DNA of 64,000 nucleotides from Acholeplasmataceae bacterium (GCA_012839485.1 DUNF01000054.1:50-64049), one strand, 5' to 3'; shown: positions 1 through 9,994, counted from the stretch's first letter. The notes: generated from the letters alone by a model not told the origin. Numbers and translations: made by a program.

Positions 1-366
1 AGTTTAAATTTAAAAGATGTTTATGTTTTAAATGCAAGAGTTGAAGATTTAGGTTTAGAATATCGTGAGTTTTTTGATTTTGTTGTTGGAAGAGCGGTAT
101 CGCAAATGAGAATTTTTCTAGAACTTGCTGTTCCTTTTCTTAAGGTTGGAGGAAAAGTCCTTTTAATGAAAGGTAAAAACTATCAAATAGAAGTAGAAGA
201 ATCTTTGTTTGCTTTAAAAACCCTAAATTCAGAAATTTGTGATATAATAAAATATGAACTTCCAAACAACTTAGGAAGTAGAGTAATTATAGAGGTATTA
301 AAAAAGAAAAAGACAAGTACATTATATCCAAGAACATATAATTTAATTAAAGGAAAACCTTTATAG
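1..366 (+). CDS. rsmG: 16S rRNA (guanine527-N7)-methyltransferase RsmG/GidB, C-terminal part (5' end lies outside the window)
   Basis: Frame 1 is open from position 1. The C-terminus (…FLKVGGKVLLMKGK…YPRTYNLIKGKPL) is colinear with the B. subtilis RsmG C-terminus. It is followed by parA, as in Firmicutes. Confidence 0.85.
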   Translation, partial: SLNLKDVYVLNARVEDLGLEYREFFDFVVGRAVSQMRIFLELAVPFLKVGGKVLLMKGKNYQIEVEESLFALKTLNSEICDIIKYELPNNLGSRVIIEVLKKKKTSTLYPRTYNLIKGKPL

Positions 367-378
367 AAAGGAAATGTT

Positions 379-1143
379 ATGGGACAAGTTATTACAATTG
401 CTAACCCTAAAGGTGGTGTTGGTAAAACAACAACTACAATTAATTTAGGGGCAGGTCTTGGAAATTTGAAACAAAAAGTTTTATTAGTAGATTTAGATAT
501 TAAAGCTAATTTAACTATTGGTTTAGGAATTGATCGCGAAAACATAGAGAAAGGTATTTTTGATATGTTATTAGAAAAAGCAAACATTAAAGATGTCATT
601 GTTAGTTTTAAAAAGTTTGATCTTGTTCCTAATAATTGCTTTCATAAACAAGCTTTATCAGATAGCCTTTATAATATTGAAGAATTAAAGAAACATTTAG
701 ATAAAGTTAAAGATGAATATGATTATATTTTAATTGATACCGGACCAGTTATGGGAGTTTTGCTTGATATGGCTTTATATGCAAGCGACTCGGTTTTAAT
801 ACCAACAGAATGTCAGTATTTTGCTTATGATGGAATTAAGATTATGATTAATAAAATCAATGCTATTCAAGGATTAAAAACTAAAATTCAAGAGAATTTA
901 GTTGTAGAGGGGATTTTATTAACTAAGTTTGATAATCGTAATGTTTTCGCATATGAAATGGCAGAAAACATTAAAGACATAGTGGCTAATAAAGTATTTA
1001 AAACTATTATTAATTATTCAAGCCACTTGCAAGAAGCGCCTTCTAGAGGAAAAGATGTTTTATCTTTATCTTATAATTCAATTGGAAGTCGTGAATATCG
1101 TTTATTAGCAAAAGAAATATTAGAGAGAAAGGAGAATAAATAA
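379..1143 (+). CDS. parA: ParA/Soj family chromosome partitioning ATPase
   Basis: Deviant Walker A motif KGGVGKTTTTINLGAGL; 254 aa; lies immediately downstream of rsmG. Confidence 0.9.
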   Translation: MGQVITIANPKGGVGKTTTTINLGAGLGNLKQKVLLVDLDIKANLTIGLGIDRENIEKGIFDMLLEKANIKDVIVSFKKFDLVPNNCFHKQALSDSLYNIEELKKHLDKVKDEYDYILIDTGPVMGVLLDMALYASDSVLIPTECQYFAYDGIKIMINKINAIQGLKTKIQENLVVEGILLTKFDNRNVFAYEMAENIKDIVANKVFKTIINYSSHLQEAPSRGKDVLSLSYNSIGSREYRLLAKEILERKENK

Positions 1144-1145
1144 TA

Positions 1146-1985
1146 ATGATTTTAAGTGTATTTTCAGATTTTTGGAATGAAGTAAAAGATTTTTTTACAA
1201 CAACAGCAGTTTTAAATAGACTTCTATATACTGCAATTGCAATTATAGTTGCGATTGTTATTTCACTTGTTTTTAGCTTCATTTTTAAAGCAAATGTTAG
1301 AGCTAATCATCCTTTTAGAAAAAGACAAATAACTATTAATAAACTTGTAAGAGGCTTAGCAAAAGCGATTCTTGGAGTTATGGTAATTTTTGTGGTTTTT
1401 GGAATTTGGGGAGTGGATTTAGGCCCAATGATTGCTGGTGCCGGAGTTGTAGGTTTAGCTATTAGCTTAGGTGCTCAAAATGCTATTAGGGACTTAGTGG
1501 CTGGTATATCTATGATTTTAGATAATGTTTTAGATGTAGGCGATATGGTTGAAATTAGAGATTTTAAGGGAACGGTAGAAGAAGTAGGAATTAGATCTAC
1601 TAAAATTAAAAATTTTAGAGGAGAACTTGCTACTTTTAATAATGGTACAATAGATAAAGTAATTAACTTTTCTCGCAATCCTACTTTAGCTGTAGTTACA
1701 GCAACTGTAGCTTATGGTTCTGATTTAGATAAAGTTATCAAAATTTTTGATCAAGAACTTGAAACTTTAGTAGAACAATTTCCAGATGTTGTTACAAGAG
1801 CGCCAAAAGTTATGGGGGTTTCTAACTTAGGTACACACGGAGTAGATTTAATGATTACTTTTGAAGCCTTACCACAACAACATTTTGCAGCTCAAAGAGC
1901 AGTTAACAAGATGATTAAGGAGATTTGTGATAAATATAAGATTGAAATTCCACTACCACAAATCGTAGTTACGAATAAGAAATAA
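1146..1985 (+). CDS. Small-conductance mechanosensitive channel (MscS family)
   Basis: N-terminal TM helices followed by an MscS beta-domain (GDMVEIRDFKGTVEEVGIRSTKIKNFRGELATFNNG…INFSRNP). Confidence 0.8.
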   Translation: MILSVFSDFWNEVKDFFTTTAVLNRLLYTAIAIIVAIVISLVFSFIFKANVRANHPFRKRQITINKLVRGLAKAILGVMVIFVVFGIWGVDLGPMIAGAGVVGLAISLGAQNAIRDLVAGISMILDNVLDVGDMVEIRDFKGTVEEVGIRSTKIKNFRGELATFNNGTIDKVINFSRNPTLAVVTATVAYGSDLDKVIKIFDQELETLVEQFPDVVTRAPKVMGVSNLGTHGVDLMITFEALPQQHFAAQRAVNKMIKEICDKYKIEIPLPQIVVTNKK

Positions 1986-2170
1986 TGAGTGCGAACATTT
2001 ATAAAGAAAACGACATTTTGGTTTTCAAAAAAAATCATCCTTGTGGAGGGAATAGCTGGAAAGTGTTACGAGTTGGAGTTGATTATAAGTTAGAATGTAC
2101 AACATGCAAACGAATAATTATTGTTCCTCGTTTTGATTTGAATAAAATGGTGAAAAAAACAAAGGAGTGA
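1985..2170 (+). CDS. DUF951 (YyzM-like) small conserved protein
   Basis: 61 aa with an HPCGGNxWK…C..C…IPR pattern. Its position after the parAB/MscS region is typical for DUF951 in Firmicutes. Confidence 0.6.
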   Translation: MSANIYKENDILVFKKNHPCGGNSWKVLRVGVDYKLECTTCKRIIIVPRFDLNKMVKKTKE

Positions 2171-2226
2171 TTCCTTTGTTTTAAATTAAGAATTATGTTA
2201 TAATTAGAAAATATAAGGAGATAGAT

Positions 2227-3954
2227 ATGTTTAAAAAATTTGTTAGCTATTATAAGCCACATTGGAAGCTATTTACAGCTGATATTATTGCGGCAACGTT
2301 AATGGGGGCGATTGATTTAATCTTTCCTGTGGCTTCAAGAAAGGTTCTAAACGAATATTTAAATACAGACAATATTCATATGCTATATATAATAGCGGCA
2401 ATTATGATTGGTTTTTTCATTTTGAGATTTTTCTTTTCTTATTTTATTGGTTACTATGGCCATATTATGGGAATTAGAATTGAATCCGATATGAGAAGAG
2501 ACTTATTTCACAAGTTGCAATTAATGGATTATCAATTTTATGATAAAAAGAAAACAGGAGTATTAGTTACAAACTTAACAACTCATTTACACGATATTTC
2601 AGAAATGAGTCACCATGCACCTGAAAATCTTTTTATTGCTGGGTTGATGCTTATTGGTTCATTTATAATGCTAGGTTTGATTAACTGGCAATTAACGTTA
2701 ATTATTTTTCTATTTATGTTACTTTTAGTTCTTTTCTCTTTATATAGGAGAAAGAAAATGCTTGAAAAATTTGCGGAAACAAGAGTTGTTCAAGGAGAAT
2801 TAGCGGCACGAGTTGAAAGTAGTATTAGTGGTATTCGTTTAACCCAGGCTTATAATAATAGAGAATATGAAGAAGCAAGGTTTGAAAATTCTAATACTCA
2901 ATACAAAAAAGCAAGAATTAAAGTGTTTAAAGAATTAGCTTTATTTGGAACAGGAAACAATTTTTTAATTAATATGGCAAATTTAGCTGCTTTAGTATTT
3001 GGAGGTTTATTTGTTTTTAAAGGACATATTACAATTGTTGATCTAACAGCATTCTTCTTATATATTAACTTTTTAATTCAACCAATAAATAGATTAGTTA
3101 ATTCAATGGAACAAATTCAACAAGGAATGTCTGGTTTTGCTCAGTTTTATGAAGTTATGAAAAAAGAACCAGTTATTGTAAATCCAGAAAATGGTGTTGT
3201 AAAGGATGAGTTCGAAGGTAAGATCGAATTTAAGAATGTTGTTTTTGACTATGAGGAAGAAGATGACGATAAAAAACACTTATTAAACAATTTTAATCTA
3301 ACTATAGAACCAGGAAAGAAAATTGCGATTGTTGGGGAAACTGGTGTTGGTAAATCAACATTGTCTAAATTAATTCCTCGTTTCTACGATGTTCAAGATG
3401 GTGAAATTTTGGTAGATGGAGTTAACGTAAAAGATTATGATATTAGATCTTTACGTAGTGCTATTGGCCATGTTCAACAAGATGTATTTATCTTTTATGG
3501 AACAATTAAAGAAAATATTTTATTTGGCCGTCCAGATGCTAGTTTTGAAGAAGTTCAAGAAGCTGCTAAAAAAGCACAAATTCACGATTTTATTGTAAGT
3601 TTAGATGATGGTTATGATACGATAGTAGGAGAAAGAGGAGTAAGATTATCTGGTGGGCAACAGCAAAGAGTTTCTATTGCTAGGTTATTCTTAAAGAATC
3701 CAAAAATATTGTTATTAGATGAAGCTACATCTTCATTAGATAATATTACTGAAAAGCAAATCCAAAAAGCTTTAGATTTACTTGCTTTAAATAAAACAAC
3801 AATTATCATTGCTCATCGTCTTTCAACAATCAAAAACGCTGATGAAATTATTGTTTTAGGAAAAGATGGAATTATGGAAAGAGGTAATCACGAAGAACTC
3901 CTTAAAAATAAAGGATATTACTTTGATTTATACGAAGCAAGTGTAATGATTTAA
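2227..3954 (+). CDS. ABC transporter, fused permease/ATP-binding (type I exporter, MsbA/multidrug-like)
   Basis: Six-TM N-terminal domain followed by Walker A GETGVGKST, ABC signature LSGGQQQRVSIAR, and Walker B ILLLDEATS. Confidence 0.85.
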   Translation: MFKKFVSYYKPHWKLFTADIIAATLMGAIDLIFPVASRKVLNEYLNTDNIHMLYIIAAIMIGFFILRFFFSYFIGYYGHIMGIRIESDMRRDLFHKLQLMDYQFYDKKKTGVLVTNLTTHLHDISEMSHHAPENLFIAGLMLIGSFIMLGLINWQLTLIIFLFMLLLVLFSLYRRKKMLEKFAETRVVQGELAARVESSISGIRLTQAYNNREYEEARFENSNTQYKKARIKVFKELALFGTGNNFLINMANLAALVFGGLFVFKGHITIVDLTAFFLYINFLIQPINRLVNSMEQIQQGMSGFAQFYEVMKKEPVIVNPENGVVKDEFEGKIEFKNVVFDYEEEDDDKKHLLNNFNLTIEPGKKIAIVGETGVGKSTLSKLIPRFYDVQDGEILVDGVNVKDYDIRSLRSAIGHVQQDVFIFYGTIKENILFGRPDASFEEVQEAAKKAQIHDFIVSLDDGYDTIVGERGVRLSGGQQQRVSIARLFLKNPKILLLDEATSSLDNITEKQIQKALDLLALNKTTIIIAHRLSTIKNADEIIVLGKDGIMERGNHEELLKNKGYYFDLYEASVMI

Positions 3955-3960
3955 GATATT

Positions 3961-3990
3961 AAAAGGTGCTTATTTAAGCACCTTTTTTGT
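3961..3990. terminator. Bidirectional intrinsic terminator between the convergent ABC exporter and the DUF2233-like gene
   Basis: Hairpin AAAGGTGCTTATTTAAGCACCTTT flanked by T-runs on both strands. Confidence 0.8.
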
Positions 3991-5211
3991 TACTACTAAA
4001 GCATTTATTACTTTTCTTGGACCTTCACAAGGTCTGTTTTTTAATACAAATTTATTTTTTTCTTTTATTACTAAGGCACTAGAGCCGCCACCATCAAAAT
4101 TATAAGCATTAACACAACCAAAATTTTTCATAATAGCTGCCATCTCTAAACCATTAACACCATAAGATCCTTGTTCTGGTCTTCTACCATCAACTACAAC
4201 TAAAACAACATCTTTATTTTCTTTAATCCCAATTATAGTTCTTGGGTGTCTAATTTTAAAATTTCCATCCATTTCAGTAAATTCGCCGTTTTTTAAAACA
4301 ATTCCTTTGTAACCAAAGAAAGCATAATAATCTTTAAATTCTTCTTTTAAATTATATTGAACTCTAACTAAATCTCCTTCTTTAATGAAATTATTGAAAT
4401 GTTTGGATAAAGAATCTAAGAAAAAGATATCTTCTTTTAGACTGCTGCTAGTAGATTTGGTAATTTTTCCTTTCCCATAAAAATCATTTTTACCATTTGG
4501 AAGAATCAAACCTTTTACTGAATACAGTTTTCCTTTTCCTTCTATTTCTTTGGGTTTCACTTTTTGGTCATCACCAGGAAGTCCAAAATAAAGAGCAATT
4601 TCTCCTTGCTTAGGTTTTTCATTTACAGAGGTAATTACAAAAGATTTAATTATATTGGGAGATAAGATATCTATTTTGGGTAATTTTTCAAATAAATTGT
4701 CGCTTTCTTCTAAAGAAAAAGAAACAAAATTATTATTTAAATCAACTCCTAAATTACCACTCATATGATTTCCATATGATTTTGTTTTATAGTTGTTTTG
4801 GTTTTGGATTACTAAGCCATCTGGTTGTCCTGGAAAAGGGAAGATACGGTAGATATCAAAAAAGTCATCGTTAATAACAGCTATTACTTCTTCACCAGTT
4901 TCTTGTTCATATTCTTCTGCTAAGATATCTAAATGTTCTCTTTCCCAAGAGCTATTTTTATTTTTAAATACTTGTTTGAATTTTAGATCTAGATTGTGGG
5001 GAATAGTAAGGGCAACAATATTTTGTGAGTAGTATTTGTTTACATCTATCATATCGTTTGAGATGTTTGCTTCACCCATTTTATTTCCCGCTACTGTTCC
5101 TTCATAATTAGTTTTTGTAGCACCTTTTATTTTTTGGTATTTAATATTGTAAGGAAGTATTATTTCTTCTTCAATTTTTTCAATTTTGAAATCTGTTTTT
5201 GGATTGTTCAT
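3970..5211 (-). CDS. Hypothetical protein with a C-terminal phosphodiester glycosidase (DUF2233/NAGPA)-like domain
   Basis: C-terminal …NAYNFDGGGSSALV… resembles the DGGGS motif of phosphodiester glycosidases. No obvious signal peptide. Probably co-transcribed downstream of exoA. Confidence 0.4.
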   Translation of the reverse strand: MNNPKTDFKIEKIEEEIILPYNIKYQKIKGATKTNYEGTVAGNKMGEANISNDMIDVNKYYSQNIVALTIPHNLDLKFKQVFKNKNSSWEREHLDILAEEYEQETGEEVIAVINDDFFDIYRIFPFPGQPDGLVIQNQNNYKTKSYGNHMSGNLGVDLNNNFVSFSLEESDNLFEKLPKIDILSPNIIKSFVITSVNEKPKQGEIALYFGLPGDDQKVKPKEIEGKGKLYSVKGLILPNGKNDFYGKGKITKSTSSSLKEDIFFLDSLSKHFNNFIKEGDLVRVQYNLKEEFKDYYAFFGYKGIVLKNGEFTEMDGNFKIRHPRTIIGIKENKDVVLVVVDGRRPEQGSYGVNGLEMAAIMKNFGCVNAYNFDGGGSSALVIKEKNKFVLKNRPCEGPRKVINALVVTKKVLK

Positions 5212-5220
5212 TGTTTTCTC

Positions 5221-5970
5221 CTAAAGGTTTATTTCAATACTAATAGGGCAGTGGTCGCTACCATAAACGTCATCATGTATTGTAGCAGCTTGAAGCTTAT
5301 CTTTTAAATCTTTTGAGATTAGAAAGTAATCAATTCTCCACCCTACATTTCTTTCTCTTGCTTGAAATCTATAACTCCACCAACTATATTGGATTTTATT
5401 TGGATGAAGATATCTAAATGTGTCAATAAAACCACTATTTAATAGCTCTGTCATCTTTTCTCTTTCTTCGTCAGTAAAGCCAGCATTTCTTCTGTTAGTA
5501 TCGGGATTTCTAATATCTATTTCTTGATGGGCCACATTTAAGTCTCCACAAATTATAACTGGTTTATGTTTTTTTAGTTTTGTAAGATAGGCTTTTAAAG
5601 TATCATTATATTCCATTCTATAATCTAAGCGCCTAAGTTCTTCTTGGGAATTAGGAACATAGGTATTAATGAAATAGAAGTTATCGTATTCTAAAGTTAT
5701 TAATCTTCCTTCGTCTAAATATTTTCCTTCTATGCCGATTGTAGCATTAATGGGTTTTTGTTTAGTGTAAATTAAAGTTCCAGAATATCCTTTCTTTTCA
5801 GCATCAAACCAATATTCATAGTAACCTTCTACATCAAACTCTTTTTGATCTTCTTGCATTTTAGTCTCTTGAACAGCAAAAATATCAGCATTAATTTCTT
5901 TAAAGAAATCAAAAAAGCCTTTTTTAACACAAGCTCTTAAACCATTAACATTCCATGATACTAATTTCAT
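5221..5970 (-). CDS. exoA: Exodeoxyribonuclease III (Xth/ExoA)
   Basis: MKLVSWNVNGLRA… EEP nuclease fold. I chose the start at 5970 because GAGGTG sits 7 nt upstream; the track ORF carries a 37-aa upstream extension lacking an RBS. Confidence 0.85.
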   Translation of the reverse strand: MKLVSWNVNGLRACVKKGFFDFFKEINADIFAVQETKMQEDQKEFDVEGYYEYWFDAEKKGYSGTLIYTKQKPINATIGIEGKYLDEGRLITLEYDNFYFINTYVPNSQEELRRLDYRMEYNDTLKAYLTKLKKHKPVIICGDLNVAHQEIDIRNPDTNRRNAGFTDEEREKMTELLNSGFIDTFRYLHPNKIQYSWWSYRFQARERNVGWRIDYFLISKDLKDKLQAATIHDDVYGSDHCPISIEINL

Positions 5971-6062
5971 TTTTATCACCTCGTCTTCTATTATAACAAA
6001 AAATAAGAATAATTGTTGTAAAAAGGCATAAAAGTTGTTATAATACACTATGAGGTAAAAGT

Positions 6063-6767
6063 ATGTGGTCTCAAGAAGCAATTGAAAAAATTAGAAAAAG
6101 ACTGTTATCTTTACAGTTTACAGATATGAGAATAAAAACAATGTATGAGTATTTGTTTTTAGGTGGACCCTTTGTAGATGATGATAAGTATTATCGTTTT
6201 ATTATTGTAAGTTTTAAAAAAGGAAACCACAAACCTATTTTGAAATTCTTAAGTGAACTATTTCATGATTCTTTTATTTTAGAAATTGAAGACAATTATG
6301 TTTTGTTTTATAAAGAACAACAAATTGACGATATTAAAAATTTAATGTTAAGCGTTATGGAAGACTTTTCTTTGCCTTTTAGGGTATTTGTAAGTAGTAA
6401 AGTTAGTAGTGATAATCCGAAAAACTTTTATTTATTATATAAAGCTTATTGTGATTTTTTGAATAAAGACTATTATGCTTTTTCTTCAAACAAAGAATTA
6501 ATATTTGAAACTTTTCAAAATAGTAGAGCAAGATTAAAAGAATTAAGACCAATTATTTTAAATAATTGTTATAATGACCATCAAATTGTTTTGATTGTAG
6601 AGGCGTTGATTAATAATGATTTAAATATTAGTCAAGCGGCTAACGAAATTTATTTACATAGAAATACTGTAAATAATAAAATCGATTTGGTTTATCAAGA
6701 GACACAATTAAACATTAAACATTTCACTGATGTTTTAGCGATGTATTTATTGAATTTAGATAAATAA
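6063..6767 (+). CDS. PucR/CdaR-family transcriptional regulator (C-terminal HTH)
   Basis: C-terminal …NISQAANEIYLHRNTVNNKIDLVYQETQLNI… resembles a PucR C-terminal HTH. A sigma-A promoter with extended -10 lies at 6016-6044. Confidence 0.5.
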   Translation: MWSQEAIEKIRKRLLSLQFTDMRIKTMYEYLFLGGPFVDDDKYYRFIIVSFKKGNHKPILKFLSELFHDSFILEIEDNYVLFYKEQQIDDIKNLMLSVMEDFSLPFRVFVSSKVSSDNPKNFYLLYKAYCDFLNKDYYAFSSNKELIFETFQNSRARLKELRPIILNNCYNDHQIVLIVEALINNDLNISQAANEIYLHRNTVNNKIDLVYQETQLNIKHFTDVLAMYLLNLDK

Positions 6768-6836
6768 TGTGCAATCTGCATATTGAAATATAGGAAAAAT
6801 TATGCTATAATAAAATATAGAAATTGGGAGGTATTT

Positions 6837-7958
6837 ATGGCGACTATATCGTTTAAGAACTTAAATAAAGTGTACGATGGTAATGTGCACGCAGTTATTG
6901 ACTTTAACCTAGAGGTAAAAGACAAAGAATTTATTGTTTTAGTAGGCCCTTCAGGCTGTGGTAAAACAACAACACTAAGAATGTTAGCGGGATTAGAGGA
7001 TATTACTTCTGGTGAGCTTAGAATTGATGATGAAATTATGAATGACGTTGCACCAAAGGATCGTAATATTGCGATGGTTTTCCAAAACTATGCTTTGTAT
7101 CCACATATGACAGTTTATGAAAACATGGCTTTCGGATTAAAATTAAGAAAGTTTAGTCGTGATGAAATTGATAGAAAAGTGCAAAGTGCTGCAAGTATGT
7201 TAGGACTATCATCTTATTTAGACCGTCGCCCTAAAGCTTTATCAGGTGGTCAAAGACAAAGAGTTGCTCTTGGTAGAGCACTTGTAAGAGATGCAAAAGT
7301 ATTCTTAATGGACGAGCCACTATCAAACTTAGACGCAAAACTAAGAGTTCAAATGAGATCTGAGATTATCAAACTTACTGAAAGTTTAGGAGTTACTACA
7401 GTATACGTTACGCACGACCAAATTGAAGCGATGACAATGGCATCTAGAATTGTTGTTATGAAAGATGGTCTTGTTCAACAAGTAGGAACACCAAAAGATA
7501 TCTATGATAATCCAGACAACATTTTCGTAGGTGGATTTATTGGTACACCACCAATGAACTTCTTAGAAGGGTATGTTTCTGAAAAAGGTCAATTTGTAAT
7601 TGGCGATCATAAAAAAGGATTCGTATTAATCGAAGTTCCAAAAGATAAATTTGAAACACTAAAAAGTCAAGGATTTATTGAAAAACCTATCGTTTTAGGT
7701 ATTAGACCAGAAAACATTTTAGACCAACCGGAAGATCTTAAAAAGCATCCACATTCAATTGTGAAGTTAAAGGTTGACGTAGCTGAGTTATTAGGTGCTG
7801 AAACACAAATTTATGGTGTTGTAGCTGGCCAAAACTTAGTTGCTAAAGTTGAAGCAAGAATCGACCTTTATGGTGGTGATGAAGTTGAACTAGCATTAAA
7901 TATGGATAGATGTCACTTCTTTGATCCTGAAACAGAAGCAAGAATTAAAAAATATTAA
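6837..7958 (+). CDS. msmX: Sugar ABC transporter ATP-binding protein, MsmX/MalK/UgpC type, not adjacent to a transporter
   Basis: Walker A GPSGCGKTT, signature LSGGQRQRVALGRAL, and a C-terminal MalK-type regulatory (TOBE) domain. RBS GGGAGG with ATG at 6837. Confidence 0.85.
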   Translation: MATISFKNLNKVYDGNVHAVIDFNLEVKDKEFIVLVGPSGCGKTTTLRMLAGLEDITSGELRIDDEIMNDVAPKDRNIAMVFQNYALYPHMTVYENMAFGLKLRKFSRDEIDRKVQSAASMLGLSSYLDRRPKALSGGQRQRVALGRALVRDAKVFLMDEPLSNLDAKLRVQMRSEIIKLTESLGVTTVYVTHDQIEAMTMASRIVVMKDGLVQQVGTPKDIYDNPDNIFVGGFIGTPPMNFLEGYVSEKGQFVIGDHKKGFVLIEVPKDKFETLKSQGFIEKPIVLGIRPENILDQPEDLKKHPHSIVKLKVDVAELLGAETQIYGVVAGQNLVAKVEARIDLYGGDEVELALNMDRCHFFDPETEARIKKY

Positions 7959-7974
7959 GAAATAGATAATATTA

Positions 7975-8000
7975 AAGAAGTCACTTCGGTGACTTTTTTA
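7975..8000 (+). terminator. Intrinsic terminator after the msmX-like gene
   Basis: GAAGTCAC-TTCG-GTGACTTT followed by TTTTAATTTT. Confidence 0.8.
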
Positions 8001-8116
8001 ATTTTAAATGTAAAAATAAAAAAATAAAAACGATTACCCCTACAAAAATATTGCAATGTGTGCTATAATATACAAGTATAATAACAAACAAATAAGTATA
8101 GAAAAGATGAGATGTT

Positions 8117-8761
8117 ATGGGAGGAAAATATAGGATTATTATTTTAGCTAATTTTATGAGAAGATTAGCTGCGTATTTTAATGAATTCATTGCCGCAGCT
8201 CAAGAATTTGCTCAAGGTTCCATTTGGTTAACGATACTAGTTGGTATTGGAATGCCGCTTGCTGAAGCGTTATTTCCAGTATTACCAATACTTGCAATCG
8301 TAACAGCCAATGTTACTTTGCTTGGGCCATTCTGGGGGGTTCTTTTAAGCGTGATTGGATCTGCTGGGGGAATGTATCTTGTATTTTTAATTTTGAACTT
8401 ATCAATAGGAAAAAGGTTTAGAAAATCAATAATTACCAAACCTCAAGTGCTAAGATTCAATCGTTGGCTTAGCAATAAAAGTACAGGATTTTATGTTTTC
8501 ATTTTATCTGTTCCTTTCATTCCATCAGCTATCGTAAACTATGCGATGAGTTTAACTTCTATAGGTAAAAAAAGATATGGAGTTATCTTATTTGCATCAA
8601 GAGGAATTATGTTTAGTGTTATTGGTTTTCTAAGTTCATTAATGAAAGACAAACCATTTGAAGCTATCATTATTATTTTAGCGGGATACTTTGTTGGTTA
8701 TGGAATTTATTATGGTATTGTACAACTTATAAAATATATAAAAAATAGAAGGAGATTGTTT
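8117..8761 (+). CDS. DedA/TVP38-family integral membrane protein, reading in-frame into pgk with no stop codon
   Basis: Multi-TM hydrophobic protein (…[37 protein letters not shown]…). The frame continues directly into the pgk ATG at 8762. Confidence 0.5.
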
Positions 8762-9994
8762 ATGAGTAAAAAGACTGTGAGAGACTTAGACTTAAAAGGT
8801 AAAGTTGTTTTAATGAGAGTTGATTTCAACGTTCCATTAAAAGGTGGAGTAATTACTGATGATAACAGAATTGTTCAAGCTTTATCAACAATTAAGTATG
8901 TAAAGGAAAATGGAGGGAAATTGGTGCTATTTTCACACTTAGGAAGAGTTAAAACTGAAGAGGATAAAAAGGATTCAAGTTTAGCTCCTGTAGTTAATAG
9001 ACTATCAGAACTATTAGGTGAAAAAGTAGTATTTGTTCCTGAAACAAGAGGCAAGAAATTAGAAGCCGCTATTAAGAAATTAAAAGAAGGAGAAGTCTTA
9101 ATGTTTGAAAACACTAGATTTGAAGATCTAGATGGAAACAAAGAATCTAAGAATAATCCTGAATTAGGTGCATATTGGGCTAGCTTAGGTGATGTTTTTG
9201 TAAACGATGCTTTTGGTACAGCACATAGAGCCCATGCTTCAAACGTTGGAGTTGCCGCAAACATTAAAGGAGGAGCAGTAGCTGGTTTCTTACTTGAAAA
9301 AGAAATTAAGTTTATTGGTGATGCAGTTAATGTTCCTGAAAGACCTTTTGTAGCAATTTTAGGTGGAGCAAAAGTAAGCGATAAGATATCTGTTATTGAG
9401 AATTTAATTAATAAAGCAGACAAAATTTTAATTTGTGGTGCGATGGCATATACATTCTTTAAAGCTTTAGGCTATGAAGTTGGAAAATCTAAAGTTGAAG
9501 ATGATTATGTAAAATATGCTGAAGAGTTATTAAAGAAAGCAAAAGGTAAAATTATTTTACCAGTAGACCATTTAGTAGCTAGTGAATTTAGTGCTGACGC
9601 AGAAGCTGAATTAGTAGACGTTTATCATACACCAGCTGATAAGATGGGATTAGATATCGGACCTAAGACTTTAGAAGTATTTGAAAAAGAATTACATGGA
9701 GCAAAAACAGTTGTTTGGAATGGTCCTGCTGGAGTATTTGAATTTGAAAAGTTTGCAGCTGGAACTAAAGGAATTTGTGAAGTTTTAGCTAACCTAGAAG
9801 GAGCAAAAACTATTATCGGTGGTGGTGATAGTGCTGCAGCTGCAATTAGCATGGGTTATGAAAGCAAGTTCACACATATTTCAACTGGTGGAGGAGCTAG
9901 TCTAGAATATTTAGAAGGAAAAGATCTACCTGGAATTACTTGTTTAAACGATAGCGAAAAACCAAAGGAAAAGAAACAATGCGCAAAAAAATAA
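8762..9994 (+). CDS. pgk: Phosphoglycerate kinase
   Basis: [25 protein letters not shown]…; 410 aa; RBS AGAAGGAGA 7 nt upstream. Confidence 0.95.
   Translation: MSKKTVRDLDLKGKVVLMRVDFNVPLKGGVITDDNRIVQALSTIKYVKENGGKLVLFSHLGRVKTEEDKKDSSLAPVVNRLSELLGEKVVFVPETRGKKLEAAIKKLKEGEVLMFENTRFEDLDGNKESKNNPELGAYWASLGDVFVNDAFGTAHRAHASNVGVAANIKGGAVAGFLLEKEIKFIGDAVNVPERPFVAILGGAKVSDKISVIENLINKADKILICGAMAYTFFKALGYEVGKSKVEDDYVKYAEELLKKAKGKIILPVDHLVASEFSADAEAELVDVYHTPADKMGLDIGPKTLEVFEKELHGAKTVVWNGPAGVFEFEKFAAGTKGICEVLANLEGAKTIIGGGDSAAAAISMGYESKFTHISTGGGASLEYLEGKDLPGITCLNDSEKPKEKKQCAKK

Noticed and set aside
183-599. Antisense ORFs overlapping strong sense genes (183-599, 1043-1282, 1475-1678, 3612-3809, 8212-8439, 8875-9423, 9625-9852, 10257-10442, 16411-16692, 21442-21624, 23111-23317, 23630-23869, 26183-26368, 27754-28011, 29421-29642, 30968-31171, 33404-33586, 35264-35446, 49171-49359, 51233-51448, 53687-53878, 54516-54716, 60252-60455)
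   Set aside because: Each lies entirely inside a well-supported conserved gene on the opposite strand. None has an RBS and all have biased low-complexity composition, which is typical of shadow ORFs in AT-rich DNA.
5971-6081. 37-aa N-terminal extension of exoA in the track ORF
   Set aside because: There is no RBS, and it overlaps the divergent promoter of the PucR-like gene. The conserved ExoIII N-terminus MKLVSWNVNG begins at ATG 5970, which has GAGGTG upstream.
7981-8190. 69-aa minus-strand ORF between msmX and the DedA-like gene
   Set aside because: It overlaps the msmX terminator and the start of the DedA-like gene, has no RBS, and is a low-complexity Phe/Ile-rich translation of AT-rich DNA.
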